A program made the position numbers and the translations under genes. The notes below the pieces were generated by a model, which was not told where the DNA came from, ran no database searches, and saw only the letters and a program-made list of their open reading frames with translations. A stretch of DNA of 64,000 bases from an uncultured Flavobacteriaceae bacterium. GTDB lineage: Bacteria > Bacteroidota > Bacteroidia > Flavobacteriales > Flavobacteriaceae. The DNA is taken from the NCBI GenBank assembly GCA_913048215.1, contig CAJWXC010000001.1, forward strand, positions 22,747 to 86,746. Direction: 5' to 3'. Below are positions 47,440 through 57,159 of this stretch, piece after piece. Numbering within the stretch: the first letter of the stretch is position 1; every line of letters starts with the position of its first letter.

Positions 47440-48867
47440 ATGCCAAATCAAAAAAAGACTAAAATTGTAGCTACCCTTGGGCCTGCTACTGCAGACAAGA
47501 AAATTCTTAAACAAATGATTCTAGCTGGGGTTAATGTGTTTCGCATTAATTTCTCACATGCAAATTATGACAATGTAAAACAGATCATTTCCATTATTAA
47601 AGAGCTAGGCAAACAGCTCAACACCTCTACTGCAATTCTTGCAGATTTACAAGGCCCAAAATTAAGAGTGGGTATGATGAAAGAGGAAGTGATTGTTCAT
47701 CCAGGAGATGAAATTTCATTTTGCACCGGAAAAGAATTTGAGGGAAACTCCAAAAGAGTGTACATGAATTATAACAATTTTCCTAAAGACGTTAAAAAGG
47801 GAGAGCGTGTACTTCTTGATGACGGAAAATTAATGTTTGAAGTACTCTCCACAGATGGTAAGGCTGAGGTAAAAACCAAAGTCATACAAGGAGGTCCTTT
47901 GCGCTCTAGAAAGGGGGTTAATTTGCCAAATACAAACATCTCTTTACCTGCGCTAACAGTCAAAGATAAGGAAGATGCTATTTTTGCAATTTCTCTGGAA
48001 GTAGATTGGATTGCCCTCTCTTTTGTGCGCCATGCAGAAGATTTAATAGAACTACAAACTTTAATAGAGGCCAATAGTAAATATAAAATTCCAATCATTG
48101 CCAAGATAGAAAAACCAGAGGCAGTTGCTAATATTGATACAATTGTTACCCATTGTGATGGCCTTATGGTTGCACGTGGTGACCTAGGAGTTGAAGTTCC
48201 TGCAGAGGAGGTTCCGCTAATCCAAAAAGAATTGGTCCTTACTGCAAAAAAGGCAAGGATTCCTGTTATTATTGCTACACAAATGATGGAAACAATGATT
48301 TCATCTCTCACTCCAACAAGGGCAGAGGTAAATGATGTTGCAAACTCAATTATGGATGGTGCAGATGCTGTAATGCTTAGTGGAGAAACCTCGGTAGGGA
48401 AGTATCCCGTTGCGGTAATTCAAAAAATGGCCAGTATTTGTGAGCAAGTAGAAAACTCATCTCTAATATCTGTACCTCATGAGCCTCCTCATATTAGAAC
48501 CAACCGTTACATCACAAAATCAATTTGTTATCATGCAGCCAGTATGGCTAATGAAATTAACGCAAAGGCTATTTGTACCTTAACCAATAGTGGATATACT
48601 GCCTTTCAGATATCTGCATGGAGACCAGATGCGCATATCTTAGTATTTACCAATAACCGCAGAATACTATCTAGATTAAACTTGTTGTGGGGCGTAAAAT
48701 CTTTTTACTATGACAAATACGAAAGTACAGATCAAACCGTAAAGGACGTTAATAAAATTGCTCACAAAACAGGGTTTGTAGCAAAGGGAGATCACCTAAT
48801 TAACTTAGCTGCAATGCCAATTGTAGATAAAGGTATGGTAAACACACTCCGTGTTTCTCAGGTATAA
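47440..48867 (+). CDS. pyk: Pyruvate kinase
   Basis: KTKIVATLGP, RINFSH, DLQGPK, IAKIEK, MVARGDLG, ATQMMETM, MLSGET. Confidence 0.97.
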   Translation: MPNQKKTKIVATLGPATADKKILKQMILAGVNVFRINFSHANYDNVKQIISIIKELGKQLNTSTAILADLQGPKLRVGMMKEEVIVHPGDEISFCTGKEFEGNSKRVYMNYNNFPKDVKKGERVLLDDGKLMFEVLSTDGKAEVKTKVIQGGPLRSRKGVNLPNTNISLPALTVKDKEDAIFAISLEVDWIALSFVRHAEDLIELQTLIEANSKYKIPIIAKIEKPEAVANIDTIVTHCDGLMVARGDLGVEVPAEEVPLIQKELVLTAKKARIPVIIATQMMETMISSLTPTRAEVNDVANSIMDGADAVMLSGETSVGKYPVAVIQKMASICEQVENSSLISVPHEPPHIRTNRYITKSICYHAASMANEINAKAICTLTNSGYTAFQISAWRPDAHILVFTNNRRILSRLNLLWGVKSFYYDKYESTDQTVKDVNKIAHKTGFVAKGDHLINLAAMPIVDKGMVNTLRVSQV

Positions 48868-48885
48868 TAACACCATTACATTTAT

Positions 48886-48923
48886 AAAATGCCCTTTAAA
48901 ATTGCTATTTTAAAGGGCATTTT
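48886..48923. terminator. Bidirectional terminator between pyk and the SH3 lipoprotein gene
   Basis: Perfect 17-bp inverted repeat AAAATGCCCTTTAAAAT-tgct-ATTTTAAAGGGCATTTT. Confidence 0.85.
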
Positions 48924-48940
48924 CTTGCTTTGGGGCACCA

Positions 48941-49705
48941 CTATTGCTGTAGGGTATAATGTTGTTCTATTTTCATCATACCGTTTTGAAGACCGATACT
49001 GACGTACTGCTTAAAGTTGCTAGTGGTATAATTATATACAATTTCAACAAGGGTGTTGTCTAGTCTGGTAACTAACTGCTCACTCACCAAAGCGCCTATT
49101 GGCATGTTTGGGTTACTTGTTTTTTGTACATCTCTCCCTTTAGGCTCTGGCAGCGCAAAATCTCTTGGAATTCCGTACAATTTTTGAGCAATCAAATAGG
49201 CTTCATGCCATTTTGTGGTAGGTATTAAAAGTGTTTCTGTACTAGTGGGCTTACTGGCTGTACCACCAACAAGCTCTGTTATACTAGCGGTGGGATGGGT
49301 GTTTTGTAAATCTGCAATATACATTTTTGGATTTGCCCCTGGTTCTGGTGGAAAGAGATCAGACAAATACCCGCTAAATGCAAATCCTGTTTTATTGTTA
49401 TACAACACTTGATGCATCCCTCCTTTAACACCTCTGACGTTCATGGTGTTATTTGCCTCTAAGGTCACAACTTCAACTTTAGTTCCGTAGGGCATTACTG
49501 CCAGCTTTTGGCTATTTAAGTTATTATATTCTCTTAGAGAAAGGCCGCTTGCTGCTATTACATAAAGCGAGGTTGTTTTTTCCTGAGGGGGAGGTTGATT
49601 GGTTATTTGTTCGGGTAACAATTCTTTTTGTTGGGGCAATTTTTCTTCACAAGATGTAAAAAGTATAATTGCAGTTGTGGCAATGGCAAGTGCTTTGGTT
49701 TTCAT
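48941..49705 (-). CDS. SH3b-domain lipoprotein
   Basis: Lipobox FTSC; YVIAASGLSLRE...MPYGTKV...GFAFSGYLS bacterial SH3 pattern. Confidence 0.82.
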   Translation of the reverse strand: MKTKALAIATTAIILFTSCEEKLPQQKELLPEQITNQPPPQEKTTSLYVIAASGLSLREYNNLNSQKLAVMPYGTKVEVVTLEANNTMNVRGVKGGMHQVLYNNKTGFAFSGYLSDLFPPEPGANPKMYIADLQNTHPTASITELVGGTASKPTSTETLLIPTTKWHEAYLIAQKLYGIPRDFALPEPKGRDVQKTSNPNMPIGALVSEQLVTRLDNTLVEIVYNYTTSNFKQYVSIGLQNGMMKIEQHYTLQQ

Positions 49706-49819
49706 AAGGATTTGGTATTAAATTCGAAGTAAAGCTTTTGCCATAAAAAAATTTTATCAGAAGAGGAGTCTAGGTATATATAACTATCCATTATTTGAAT
49801 TTATTGTAACGCTTTGATT

Positions 49820-50926
49820 TTAAAACTCAAATTTCATTTGAACATCATATTTTTTTTCTTCCTTGAGACTCAGTGTTTGCTTGTTTTCATTATTGAGTCC
49901 AGACAATGAAATGCCTAATAGTCGAACTGAGTTTTTCATTTTTTCTTGATACAACAATTCTGTAATATGCTCCATAATTAACTCTTGACTCGCTATATAA
50001 AAAGGCAGGGTTTTACTTCGTGTTTGTAGGGTAAAATCACTGTATTTTATTTTCAAAGTAATTGTTTTTCCGGCTACTTTATTTTTTTTTAAACGACGTT
50101 CAACCTCTTGTGCAATCTGCTGTAGGCGTTCTAACATATACAGCTCGCTTGATATGTTTTCACCAAATGTGCGCTCTGCTGCCAATGATTTTCTTGTCCG
50201 CTGGGGACTTACTTTACTGTTATGGGTGCCTCGTACGATATTGTAATAATAAGGGCCACTTTTGCCGAAATTTTCAGTTAAAAATTCTAAAGATTTGGTT
50301 TTTAAATCACTACCCGTATAAATTCCTAATCGGTACATTTTCTCTTTCATTACCTTACCAACTCCATAAAACTTTTTGATGTCTAAAGCCGCAATAAAGT
50401 CAAGCACCTGTTCTGGAGCAACTGTTTTTTGACCATTAGGCTTGTTGTAATCACTTGCAATTTTTGCTACAAATTTATTGATAGATATCCCCGCACTGGC
50501 ATGTAATCCTGTTTTTTGATAGATTTTCTCTCGTATTTCTTGAGCTATTACAGTAGCGCTAGGGTTTCCCTTTTTATTTTGTGTAACATCTAGATAAGCC
50601 TCATCTAAAGAAAGCGGTTCTACTAGGTCAGTATATTCAAAAAAAACACTGCGTACTTTATCAGAAATTTCCTTGTAGCGGTCAAAATCTGTTTTAACAA
50701 AAATAAGATGCGGACACAATTTAAGTGCCAATGCCCCAGCCATTGCTGAGCGCACCCCAAATTTTCTAGCCTGGTAACTTGCGGCGCTTACCACACCTCT
50801 TTTGCCGCCACCTCCCACTGCAATTGCTTTACCTACCAAAGACGGATTATCCAGCTGGGCAACACTAGCATAAAAGGCGTCCATGTCTACATGAATAATC
50901 TTTCTGATGTCTAAAGGGGTATGCAT
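49820..50926 (-). CDS. dinB: DNA polymerase IV
   Basis: IIHVDMDAFYAS, ASYQARKFGVRSAM, SLDEAYLD, AKIASDYNKPNG. Confidence 0.96.
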   Translation of the reverse strand: MHTPLDIRKIIHVDMDAFYASVAQLDNPSLVGKAIAVGGGGKRGVVSAASYQARKFGVRSAMAGALALKLCPHLIFVKTDFDRYKEISDKVRSVFFEYTDLVEPLSLDEAYLDVTQNKKGNPSATVIAQEIREKIYQKTGLHASAGISINKFVAKIASDYNKPNGQKTVAPEQVLDFIAALDIKKFYGVGKVMKEKMYRLGIYTGSDLKTKSLEFLTENFGKSGPYYYNIVRGTHNSKVSPQRTRKSLAAERTFGENISSELYMLERLQQIAQEVERRLKKNKVAGKTITLKIKYSDFTLQTRSKTLPFYIASQELIMEHITELLYQEKMKNSVRLLGISLSGLNNENKQTLSLKEEKKYDVQMKFEF

Positions 50927-51069
50927 AGGGTAAAGTTACTATCTTTAAATCACAAATATTATCAACCTAGCGCAAAATAAAAATGCTACTTAAAAAGATT
51001 TACTGTAAGGAGTTTTGTTAACAATACTATCATCAACAAACATCCCTGCGGGTATCAAAATCATAAATC

Positions 51070-51537
51070 ATGCAAGAAATAGAACGCAAATTCTTAGTTA
51101 AAGATGATACGTATAAAACGCAAGCCACAGGTCATAAAAGAATTATTCAGGGCTATTTAAGCGCACACCCCCAGCGTACGGTTCGGGTCAGGATTATGGG
51201 AGAAAATGGCTTTTTAACCATTAAAGGAAAATCTAACAAAACAGGCACCACGCGTTTTGAATGGGAAAAACAAATCCCTAAAGGGGAGGCCCAAAGTTTA
51301 CTTAAGCTTTGTCAAAAACCAATTATTGATAAAATTAGATATCAGGTTCCCGTGGCAAATCATGTATTTGAAGTAGATGTTTTTGCTGGAAATAATACAG
51401 GTCTTATACTAGCTGAGGTAGAACTTAGTGAAGAGCAGCAATCATACACCAGCCCAGATTGGCTCGGAAGGGAGGTTACAGGAGAGCTTAAATATTACAA
51501 CTCTAAGCTAAGTAAAAATCCTTTTAAAGAGTGGTAA
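51070..51537 (+). CDS. CYTH domain protein
   Basis: EIERKFLV, QGYL, VRVR, LTIKG, FEVD, LAEVEL. Confidence 0.93.
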   Translation: MQEIERKFLVKDDTYKTQATGHKRIIQGYLSAHPQRTVRVRIMGENGFLTIKGKSNKTGTTRFEWEKQIPKGEAQSLLKLCQKPIIDKIRYQVPVANHVFEVDVFAGNNTGLILAEVELSEEQQSYTSPDWLGREVTGELKYYNSKLSKNPFKEW

Positions 51538-51591
51538 GTGTCTTTTTTTTGCCAAAAGAAATAAAAGTATTGATATTAAAAACTAGGCAAA

Positions 51592-52296
51592 TTAGTCTAC
51601 CAGGGCAATGATTTCTGCAATACTCTGCAGATCACTACTGCCCTCCACACCTTGAGAAAAATTAACAGCCGCTGTAGTTGCTACAACAGGCGTGTTTTTT
51701 AGAGCAGAAAAATGAATCATCTCAAAACCAGCCTGTTTAAATGAGACTACATTGGTTTTATTAATCCCGCTTCCGGGCATAATTTGCACTGTGCTAGACT
51801 TATTTTTTAATTCTTTTAAAAGCTGTATGCCGTCTATGGCTTTTGGTTTTTGGCCAGAAGATAAAATTCTTGTAACTCCTAAGGCCTCCAAATCTTCAAA
51901 TGCTTTGAAAGGATCTACAACAACATCAAAGGCCCTATGAAATGTAAACTCCAAATCTGTGGAGGCTTCTACAAGCGCTTTAGTGGCTTGTAAATCTACT
52001 TGATTATGAGGGTTTAATACACCACAAACCACCCCTTGACACCCTACAGATTGACAAAAAGCAATATCTCGTTTAATAATATCTAGCTCCTGATGCGTAT
52101 AGTTAAAATTGCCCGCCCTGGGACGAATGAGCACATGTACCGCAATGTCAAGCTCCTTGACCACCTTCTCAATGCATCCATAAGAAGGCGTTAGCCCGCC
52201 AACACTTAGCTGAGTGCAAAGCTCTATTCTATGAGCGCCTGCGTCTTGAGCAGCCTTGGCAGAGGCAAAAGAATTAGCGCAAATTTCTATAATCAT
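51592..52296 (-). CDS. cutC: CutC family protein
   Basis: EIC, GAHRIELC, GGLTPS, LIRPRAGNF, TFHRAFD, RILSSG. Confidence 0.93.
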   Translation of the reverse strand: MIIEICANSFASAKAAQDAGAHRIELCTQLSVGGLTPSYGCIEKVVKELDIAVHVLIRPRAGNFNYTHQELDIIKRDIAFCQSVGCQGVVCGVLNPHNQVDLQATKALVEASTDLEFTFHRAFDVVVDPFKAFEDLEALGVTRILSSGQKPKAIDGIQLLKELKNKSSTVQIMPGSGINKTNVVSFKQAGFEMIHFSALKNTPVVATTAAVNFSQGVEGSSDLQSIAEIIALVD

Positions 52297-52347
52297 CTAC
52301 AATTATAATTTTAACAACAATAAAATTACTACAATTTACTGCTTTTT

Positions 52348-53448
52348 TTATATCCATTGAAACAACTTTCCAGGCAAAGGTCTTACCAAAGCTTTCATCT
52401 CTAATTTTAATAAAAGCTGCGCAACTTTATAGGTGGGCATTTTACATCCAATAGCAATAGCATCTAAAACTACCTTGTCTTTATCTTTTAAAAAGTCAAA
52501 GAGTATTTTCTCTTGCTCATTCAAAGTTGTAAATAACTGTGGTGGGGGTTTTTGAATTTGGTCCAGATCCCATCCCAGTTGATATACTAAATCTGCAGCA
52601 CTTGTGATGATACTCGCTTGATGGGTTTTAATAAGCATATTACACCCCTGGCTTTGGGAGTCTGTGGCCCTTCCTGGAACGGCAAAAACATCTCTAGAAT
52701 AACTGTTGGCAATATCTGCCGTAACCAAACTGCCGCCTTTGGCTGCAGATTCAATAACGATGGTGGCCTGGCTCATCCCTGCGATAATTCTATTTCGTTT
52801 TAAAAAATTATTTCTAGAAAAGGTATCACTAGACCAAAACTCACTAACAAACCCCCCATTTTGTGCTACCTTAGGCATATACTTTTGATGTGCTTTTGGG
52901 TATATTCTATTCATGCCATGTGCCAAACAAGCAATGTTTTGTAATCCATTTGCAATGGCTGATTTGTGGGCACAAATATCTATTCCGTATGCAAATCCAG
53001 AAACAATAACTGGATTAAAGGGAGCAAGCTCAGCTACCAGCTTTTCACAAAATGAAATCCCGTAAGTAGTAATTTTTCTAGTTCCAACAATGCTTATTAT
53101 TTTTTTGTTTTCAAGATCAATATTTCCTCTCTGAAAAAACAAAATAGGACCATCCATACAGTGTTTTAAATTTTCTGGATACCTAGCGTCTTTAAAATAG
53201 CGATAGGATATATTCTCAGAGGTTATAAAATGTAATTCCTCCCGTGCTAAATCTAATAGATTTTTTTGCTGTAGCTGTTTTACTTTAAAACCGCCAATGC
53301 CATGAATTTTTAGAAGATTTGATGGTTTTTCTTTAAAAATTCCTTCGGCAGAGCCTACGTGATGTAATAATTTTTTGGCAGAGGTATCTCCCAAATTTGG
53401 TGTGCGCTGCAGCGCTAATGTATATAGTAATTCAGTCTTAGAAAGCAT
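52348..53448 (-). CDS. dprA: DNA-processing protein DprA
   Basis: SIVGTR, IVSGFAYGID, RNRIIAG, ESAAKGGSLVTA, VFAVPG; C-terminal winged helix. Confidence 0.95.
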   Translation of the reverse strand: MLSKTELLYTLALQRTPNLGDTSAKKLLHHVGSAEGIFKEKPSNLLKIHGIGGFKVKQLQQKNLLDLAREELHFITSENISYRYFKDARYPENLKHCMDGPILFFQRGNIDLENKKIISIVGTRKITTYGISFCEKLVAELAPFNPVIVSGFAYGIDICAHKSAIANGLQNIACLAHGMNRIYPKAHQKYMPKVAQNGGFVSEFWSSDTFSRNNFLKRNRIIAGMSQATIVIESAAKGGSLVTADIANSYSRDVFAVPGRATDSQSQGCNMLIKTHQASIITSAADLVYQLGWDLDQIQKPPPQLFTTLNEQEKILFDFLKDKDKVVLDAIAIGCKMPTYKVAQLLLKLEMKALVRPLPGKLFQWI

Positions 53449-53584
53449 AGTGTGCTATTTATAGAAGTAAACTTCTAGGGCTATGCTATTGTGGGGAGAA
53501 TAAGCAATATACGTATTTTTTGGGTTGTTAATAAGTTGGTTGGAGGAGAAAAAAAATAAAACAAAAAAAAGGTATATTTGTTAT

Positions 53585-54523
53585 ATGCAACTCTCTCCTT
53601 ACATAAAAGATTTACTATATCGGTATGAATGTGTGATCATTCCTGGCTTTGGTGCTTTTCTAGCAAATTACACCTCAGCAAGTATTAATGTAGATTCTAG
53701 CACGTTTTATCCTCCCGGTAAAACGATCTCTTTTAATAGGCAGCTGCAAACCAATGATGGTTTATTAGCAAATTATGTAGCCTCGGTAGAAGGCATCTCT
53801 TATGAGTTAGCATTACAAAAAATTAGAAACTTCACAGGTTCTTTATCACTTAAACTCTCTAAAGGTGAGCATGTAACCCTAGATACTATTGGTGATTTTT
53901 CTCTGACACCAGAAAACAAAATACAGTTTCTGCCCTGTGACACAGAAAACTTTAACATCACTTCTTTTGGCTTGTCTACTTTTGTTTCTTCAGAAATCTT
54001 AAGAGACCTACAAGAGTCCCAAGGGGTTGCACCGCAAAAAACTCCAATCAATGGAGCTCCAAATAAAAGTGTTGCGCCATTTATTAAATATGCAGCTATT
54101 GGCCTTATTGCACTTGCGGTTTCTGGGCTAACGGGTTTAAAAATATATGAAGGTAGTGTGCAAGAACATAATTTTGCCCAAAAGCAGAAAGCCAATTCTA
54201 AGCTGGAAAAACAAATTCAACAAGCTACTTTTAGTATCTCTAGCCCCTTACCAACCCTTGAGGTACCTGTTGTTAAACAAACAGGCAAATATCATGTAGT
54301 TGCAGGTGCTTTTAGAGTAAAAGAAAATGCAGAGAGAAAAGTGGCCCAGCTCCACAAAAAAGGATTTGCAGCCATAAATCTTGGGGTTAATAAATATGGT
54401 TTACACCAAGTTGTATATGCAAGTTATCAAAACAGACTGCTGGCCCTTAAAAACCTTCGCACTATTAAGGCTACACAAAATAATGACGCCTGGTTACTGG
54501 TCAAGGAAATAGCTTTGCACTAA
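53585..54523 (+). CDS. HU-CCDC81-like N-domain plus SPOR domain protein
   Basis: LLYRYECVIIPGFGAF, NDGLL, one TM, C-terminal YHVVAGAFR SPOR domain. Start moved to the ATG at 53585. Confidence 0.88.
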   Translation: MQLSPYIKDLLYRYECVIIPGFGAFLANYTSASINVDSSTFYPPGKTISFNRQLQTNDGLLANYVASVEGISYELALQKIRNFTGSLSLKLSKGEHVTLDTIGDFSLTPENKIQFLPCDTENFNITSFGLSTFVSSEILRDLQESQGVAPQKTPINGAPNKSVAPFIKYAAIGLIALAVSGLTGLKIYEGSVQEHNFAQKQKANSKLEKQIQQATFSISSPLPTLEVPVVKQTGKYHVVAGAFRVKENAERKVAQLHKKGFAAINLGVNKYGLHQVVYASYQNRLLALKNLRTIKATQNNDAWLLVKEIALH

Positions 54524-54599
54524 ACAACAATTAACCTTAATTGTAGACAATCTCTGCTGTTTTACTCTTTTGGTTTTATCTTTACCAAAAACAATACCC

Positions 54600-55109
54600 A
54601 TGGAACCAAAGAACCCTAAAGATTCTTTTACAATCATCACAGACCTAGTACTGCCAAGTGAGACCAATCCTATTGGTAATATGTTTGGTGGAGAGCTCCT
54701 AGCGCGTATGGATCGTGCTGCGAGTATTGCCGCGAGAAGACATAGCCGCAGAATTGTAGTAACCGCCTCGGTAAACCATGTAGCATTCAACAAAATGATA
54801 CCACTGGGAAGTGTGGTAACAGTTGAAGCAAAAGTCTCAAGAGCTTTTAAAAGTTCAATGGAAGTGTTTATGGACGTCTGGATAGAAGATCGCGAAAGCG
54901 GTATAAGAAGTAAGGCCAATGAAGGTATCTATACTTTTGTTGCAGTCAACGAGATGGGAAATCCAATGCCTGTTCCGCCAATTGTTCCAGAAACTCAAAT
55001 AGAAAAGCAACGCTTTGATGCTGCCCTTAGAAGAAAACAACTAAGTCTATTGTTGGCTGGCAAAATAAACCCTCAAGATGCTACAGAGTTAAAAGCATTG
55101 TTTGAATAG
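54600..55109 (+). CDS. Acyl-CoA thioesterase (hotdog fold)
   Basis: VLPSETN, MFGGELLARMD, VVTASV, TFVAV. Confidence 0.92.
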   Translation: MEPKNPKDSFTIITDLVLPSETNPIGNMFGGELLARMDRAASIAARRHSRRIVVTASVNHVAFNKMIPLGSVVTVEAKVSRAFKSSMEVFMDVWIEDRESGIRSKANEGIYTFVAVNEMGNPMPVPPIVPETQIEKQRFDAALRRKQLSLLLAGKINPQDATELKALFE

Positions 55110-55115
55110 TCGCAC

Positions 55116-56357
55116 TTACATTTTATACACCCAATGGGCAGGGTTCATCTCTGTGTCGTTTTTATAGACCATAAACTTAATAACTGTTTCTTTTGTAACG
55201 GGATGTGTAAATACAGTTCCTATGGGGTCTTTTGTGGATACTTTATCTCCTTTTTTTACGCTTATAGTAGCCAAGTTATAATAAATAGTAATGTAATCAC
55301 CGTGCTGTATCATGACCGCTTTATTTGCGTTTTTTAACTGTTGTATTTGAAGTATTTTTCCGTTAAAAACGGTGCGTGCCTGAGCGTTTGCATTGGTGGC
55401 AATTTCAACCCCATGAAAGGTTTGTGTTACGTTTGGAAACTGAGGGTGTTGCCTGGTTCCGTATTTATTGATGACAAGGCCTTGTTTAACGGGCCAAATT
55501 AATTTCCCTTTATTGTTTTTAAAATCTTTCGCAATAGCTGCTGCCTCAGGGGTCAAAGCAAATTTTGTGGCAGAGGCGGTAGTGGTTTTAGATTTTTCTT
55601 CTCTTGCCTTTTTATTTGCCGCAGCAATAGCATCACGAATCAACTTTTTTATCTGACCATTTATTTGGTTGGCCTTTTTTTGCTTGGTGCGTATTTGATT
55701 TGTAAAGGTACTTTCTTCTTTTTTCAAGGAGGCAATTAGGGTTTGTTGCAGCTCCCTCTCTTTTTTGAGTTTGGCTTTGGCTAGAGTGTTTTCTGAAATT
55801 AGTAGATCTTTATTCTTCCGCTGGGCAATCAAATCTGTATTTAATTGTTGTAACAATACGGTCTTTGTCTTAATGCTTTCTCCTTGTTTTTTTCTATGGT
55901 TTGCGTATTGTTTCATGTACTGGACACGTTTGTAGGCTTGCAAAAAATCTTCGCTAGACAATAAAAACAATACCCTGCTTTGTTGTGATTTACTTTTGTA
56001 AGATTTCTGCACCATAGCAGCATACTCCTCTTTTAGTTTTTGAAGCTCATTTCTCAACAATGAAATTTGAGTTAAATTTTCGTTGATTTTCCGTGTAAGC
56101 AAATTAGCCTGTTGATTGGTAACCCTTATAAGGTTTTGTTGTGCTTTAATACGCTGGTTTATATCCTCAACCTCAGTGAGCACTGTTTTTTTTACTCCGC
56201 GAGTTTTAAATAACAGGGTGTTAATTTTCTTAATGTCGTTTAAAATTCGCTCACGCTGCTGCTCCAATTGCTGTTGTTTGTTTCCAGGTTGAGCTATGGC
56301 GCTAAAGTTTGAAAGCCAAAGCACAGAGAAAACCAATATGTACAAACGTTTTTTCAT
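55116..56357 (-). CDS. EnvC-like murein hydrolase activator (coiled coil plus degenerate M23 domain)
   Basis: Signal peptide, long coiled coil, KGKLIWPV, degenerate LytM domain lacking HxH. Confidence 0.88.
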   Translation of the reverse strand: MKKRLYILVFSVLWLSNFSAIAQPGNKQQQLEQQRERILNDIKKINTLLFKTRGVKKTVLTEVEDINQRIKAQQNLIRVTNQQANLLTRKINENLTQISLLRNELQKLKEEYAAMVQKSYKSKSQQSRVLFLLSSEDFLQAYKRVQYMKQYANHRKKQGESIKTKTVLLQQLNTDLIAQRKNKDLLISENTLAKAKLKKERELQQTLIASLKKEESTFTNQIRTKQKKANQINGQIKKLIRDAIAAANKKAREEKSKTTTASATKFALTPEAAAIAKDFKNNKGKLIWPVKQGLVINKYGTRQHPQFPNVTQTFHGVEIATNANAQARTVFNGKILQIQQLKNANKAVMIQHGDYITIYYNLATISVKKGDKVSTKDPIGTVFTHPVTKETVIKFMVYKNDTEMNPAHWVYKM

Positions 56358-57155
56358 TTATTTAAAAGATCTCTTAGTATAGCCCTTTGGAACCTTAAAA
56401 GGAAACCCTATCGATGCATTGAGATCTATTTTTTTATAGCGTATAAAAATACTTGTTTTTTCTAGCCCACTGGTTGCTAAAACGCCTAGTTGTGTAGGAT
56501 AATAATCATCCTCAATTTTTTGATATGGACCATATTGAACGAGCAGTTTCTTTTGGGCTTGTGGTTGTGAAATTTGTTCCTGATAAACCATAAAGTTATC
56601 TGGATTTAACAACATAAACAACATATAATTAAGATTTTGTTTCTTGGGCGAGATCCGGTATTTTGAGGTTTGTGGGGTGCCAACAAGCACTGGGCTTATG
56701 TTCACTGTCTTGGGTCTTATATTTAAAATACTTTGACCCAATAGTAGCCTTTGCACTTGATCAAAGTTAATTTGTGTTCCAAGCAAATCACTTATAAGAC
56801 TAAAATCTCCCTCAAAATATGAGTTGCCTATGGTTTCATATAATGTTACCTTCTCTGGGGTTAGTAAGATTTTTGAGAGAGTGACTCCCAAAATAGAGGC
56901 CTTGATCCAAATAACAGCATCTTTCTGTATTCTAAGACTTGTTGTAATGCTTTGAGACTGCTGTGGGGTTTGATATTTTACCTGCATTCTTGCTGCCAAG
57001 GTGTTGAACTCTTGAGAAGCTGCTTTATGTGCGTTTAAAAGCGCCTTAGCGCTCAAGTTTTTATCTGCAATCACAGACCCTTCAATAGACTTTATAGATC
57101 CGCAACCAAGGGTAAGAAATAAAAGAGCAACTAAAATAACGTGGATGGATTTCAT
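56358..57155 (-). CDS. DUF4292 family lipoprotein
   Basis: Lipobox LGC; LRIQKD.IWI, FEGDF, FPFKVPKGY; conserved position between the TPR and EnvC-like genes. Confidence 0.82.
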   Translation of the reverse strand: MKSIHVILVALLFLTLGCGSIKSIEGSVIADKNLSAKALLNAHKAASQEFNTLAARMQVKYQTPQQSQSITTSLRIQKDAVIWIKASILGVTLSKILLTPEKVTLYETIGNSYFEGDFSLISDLLGTQINFDQVQRLLLGQSILNIRPKTVNISPVLVGTPQTSKYRISPKKQNLNYMLFMLLNPDNFMVYQEQISQPQAQKKLLVQYGPYQKIEDDYYPTQLGVLATSGLEKTSIFIRYKKIDLNASIGFPFKVPKGYTKRSFK

Positions 57156-57159
57156 AGGG

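Noticed and set aside
50927-51069. Possible SOS box upstream of dinB
   Set aside because: I found neither a CTGT-N8-ACAG nor a GGA-N5-TCC type palindrome by eye.
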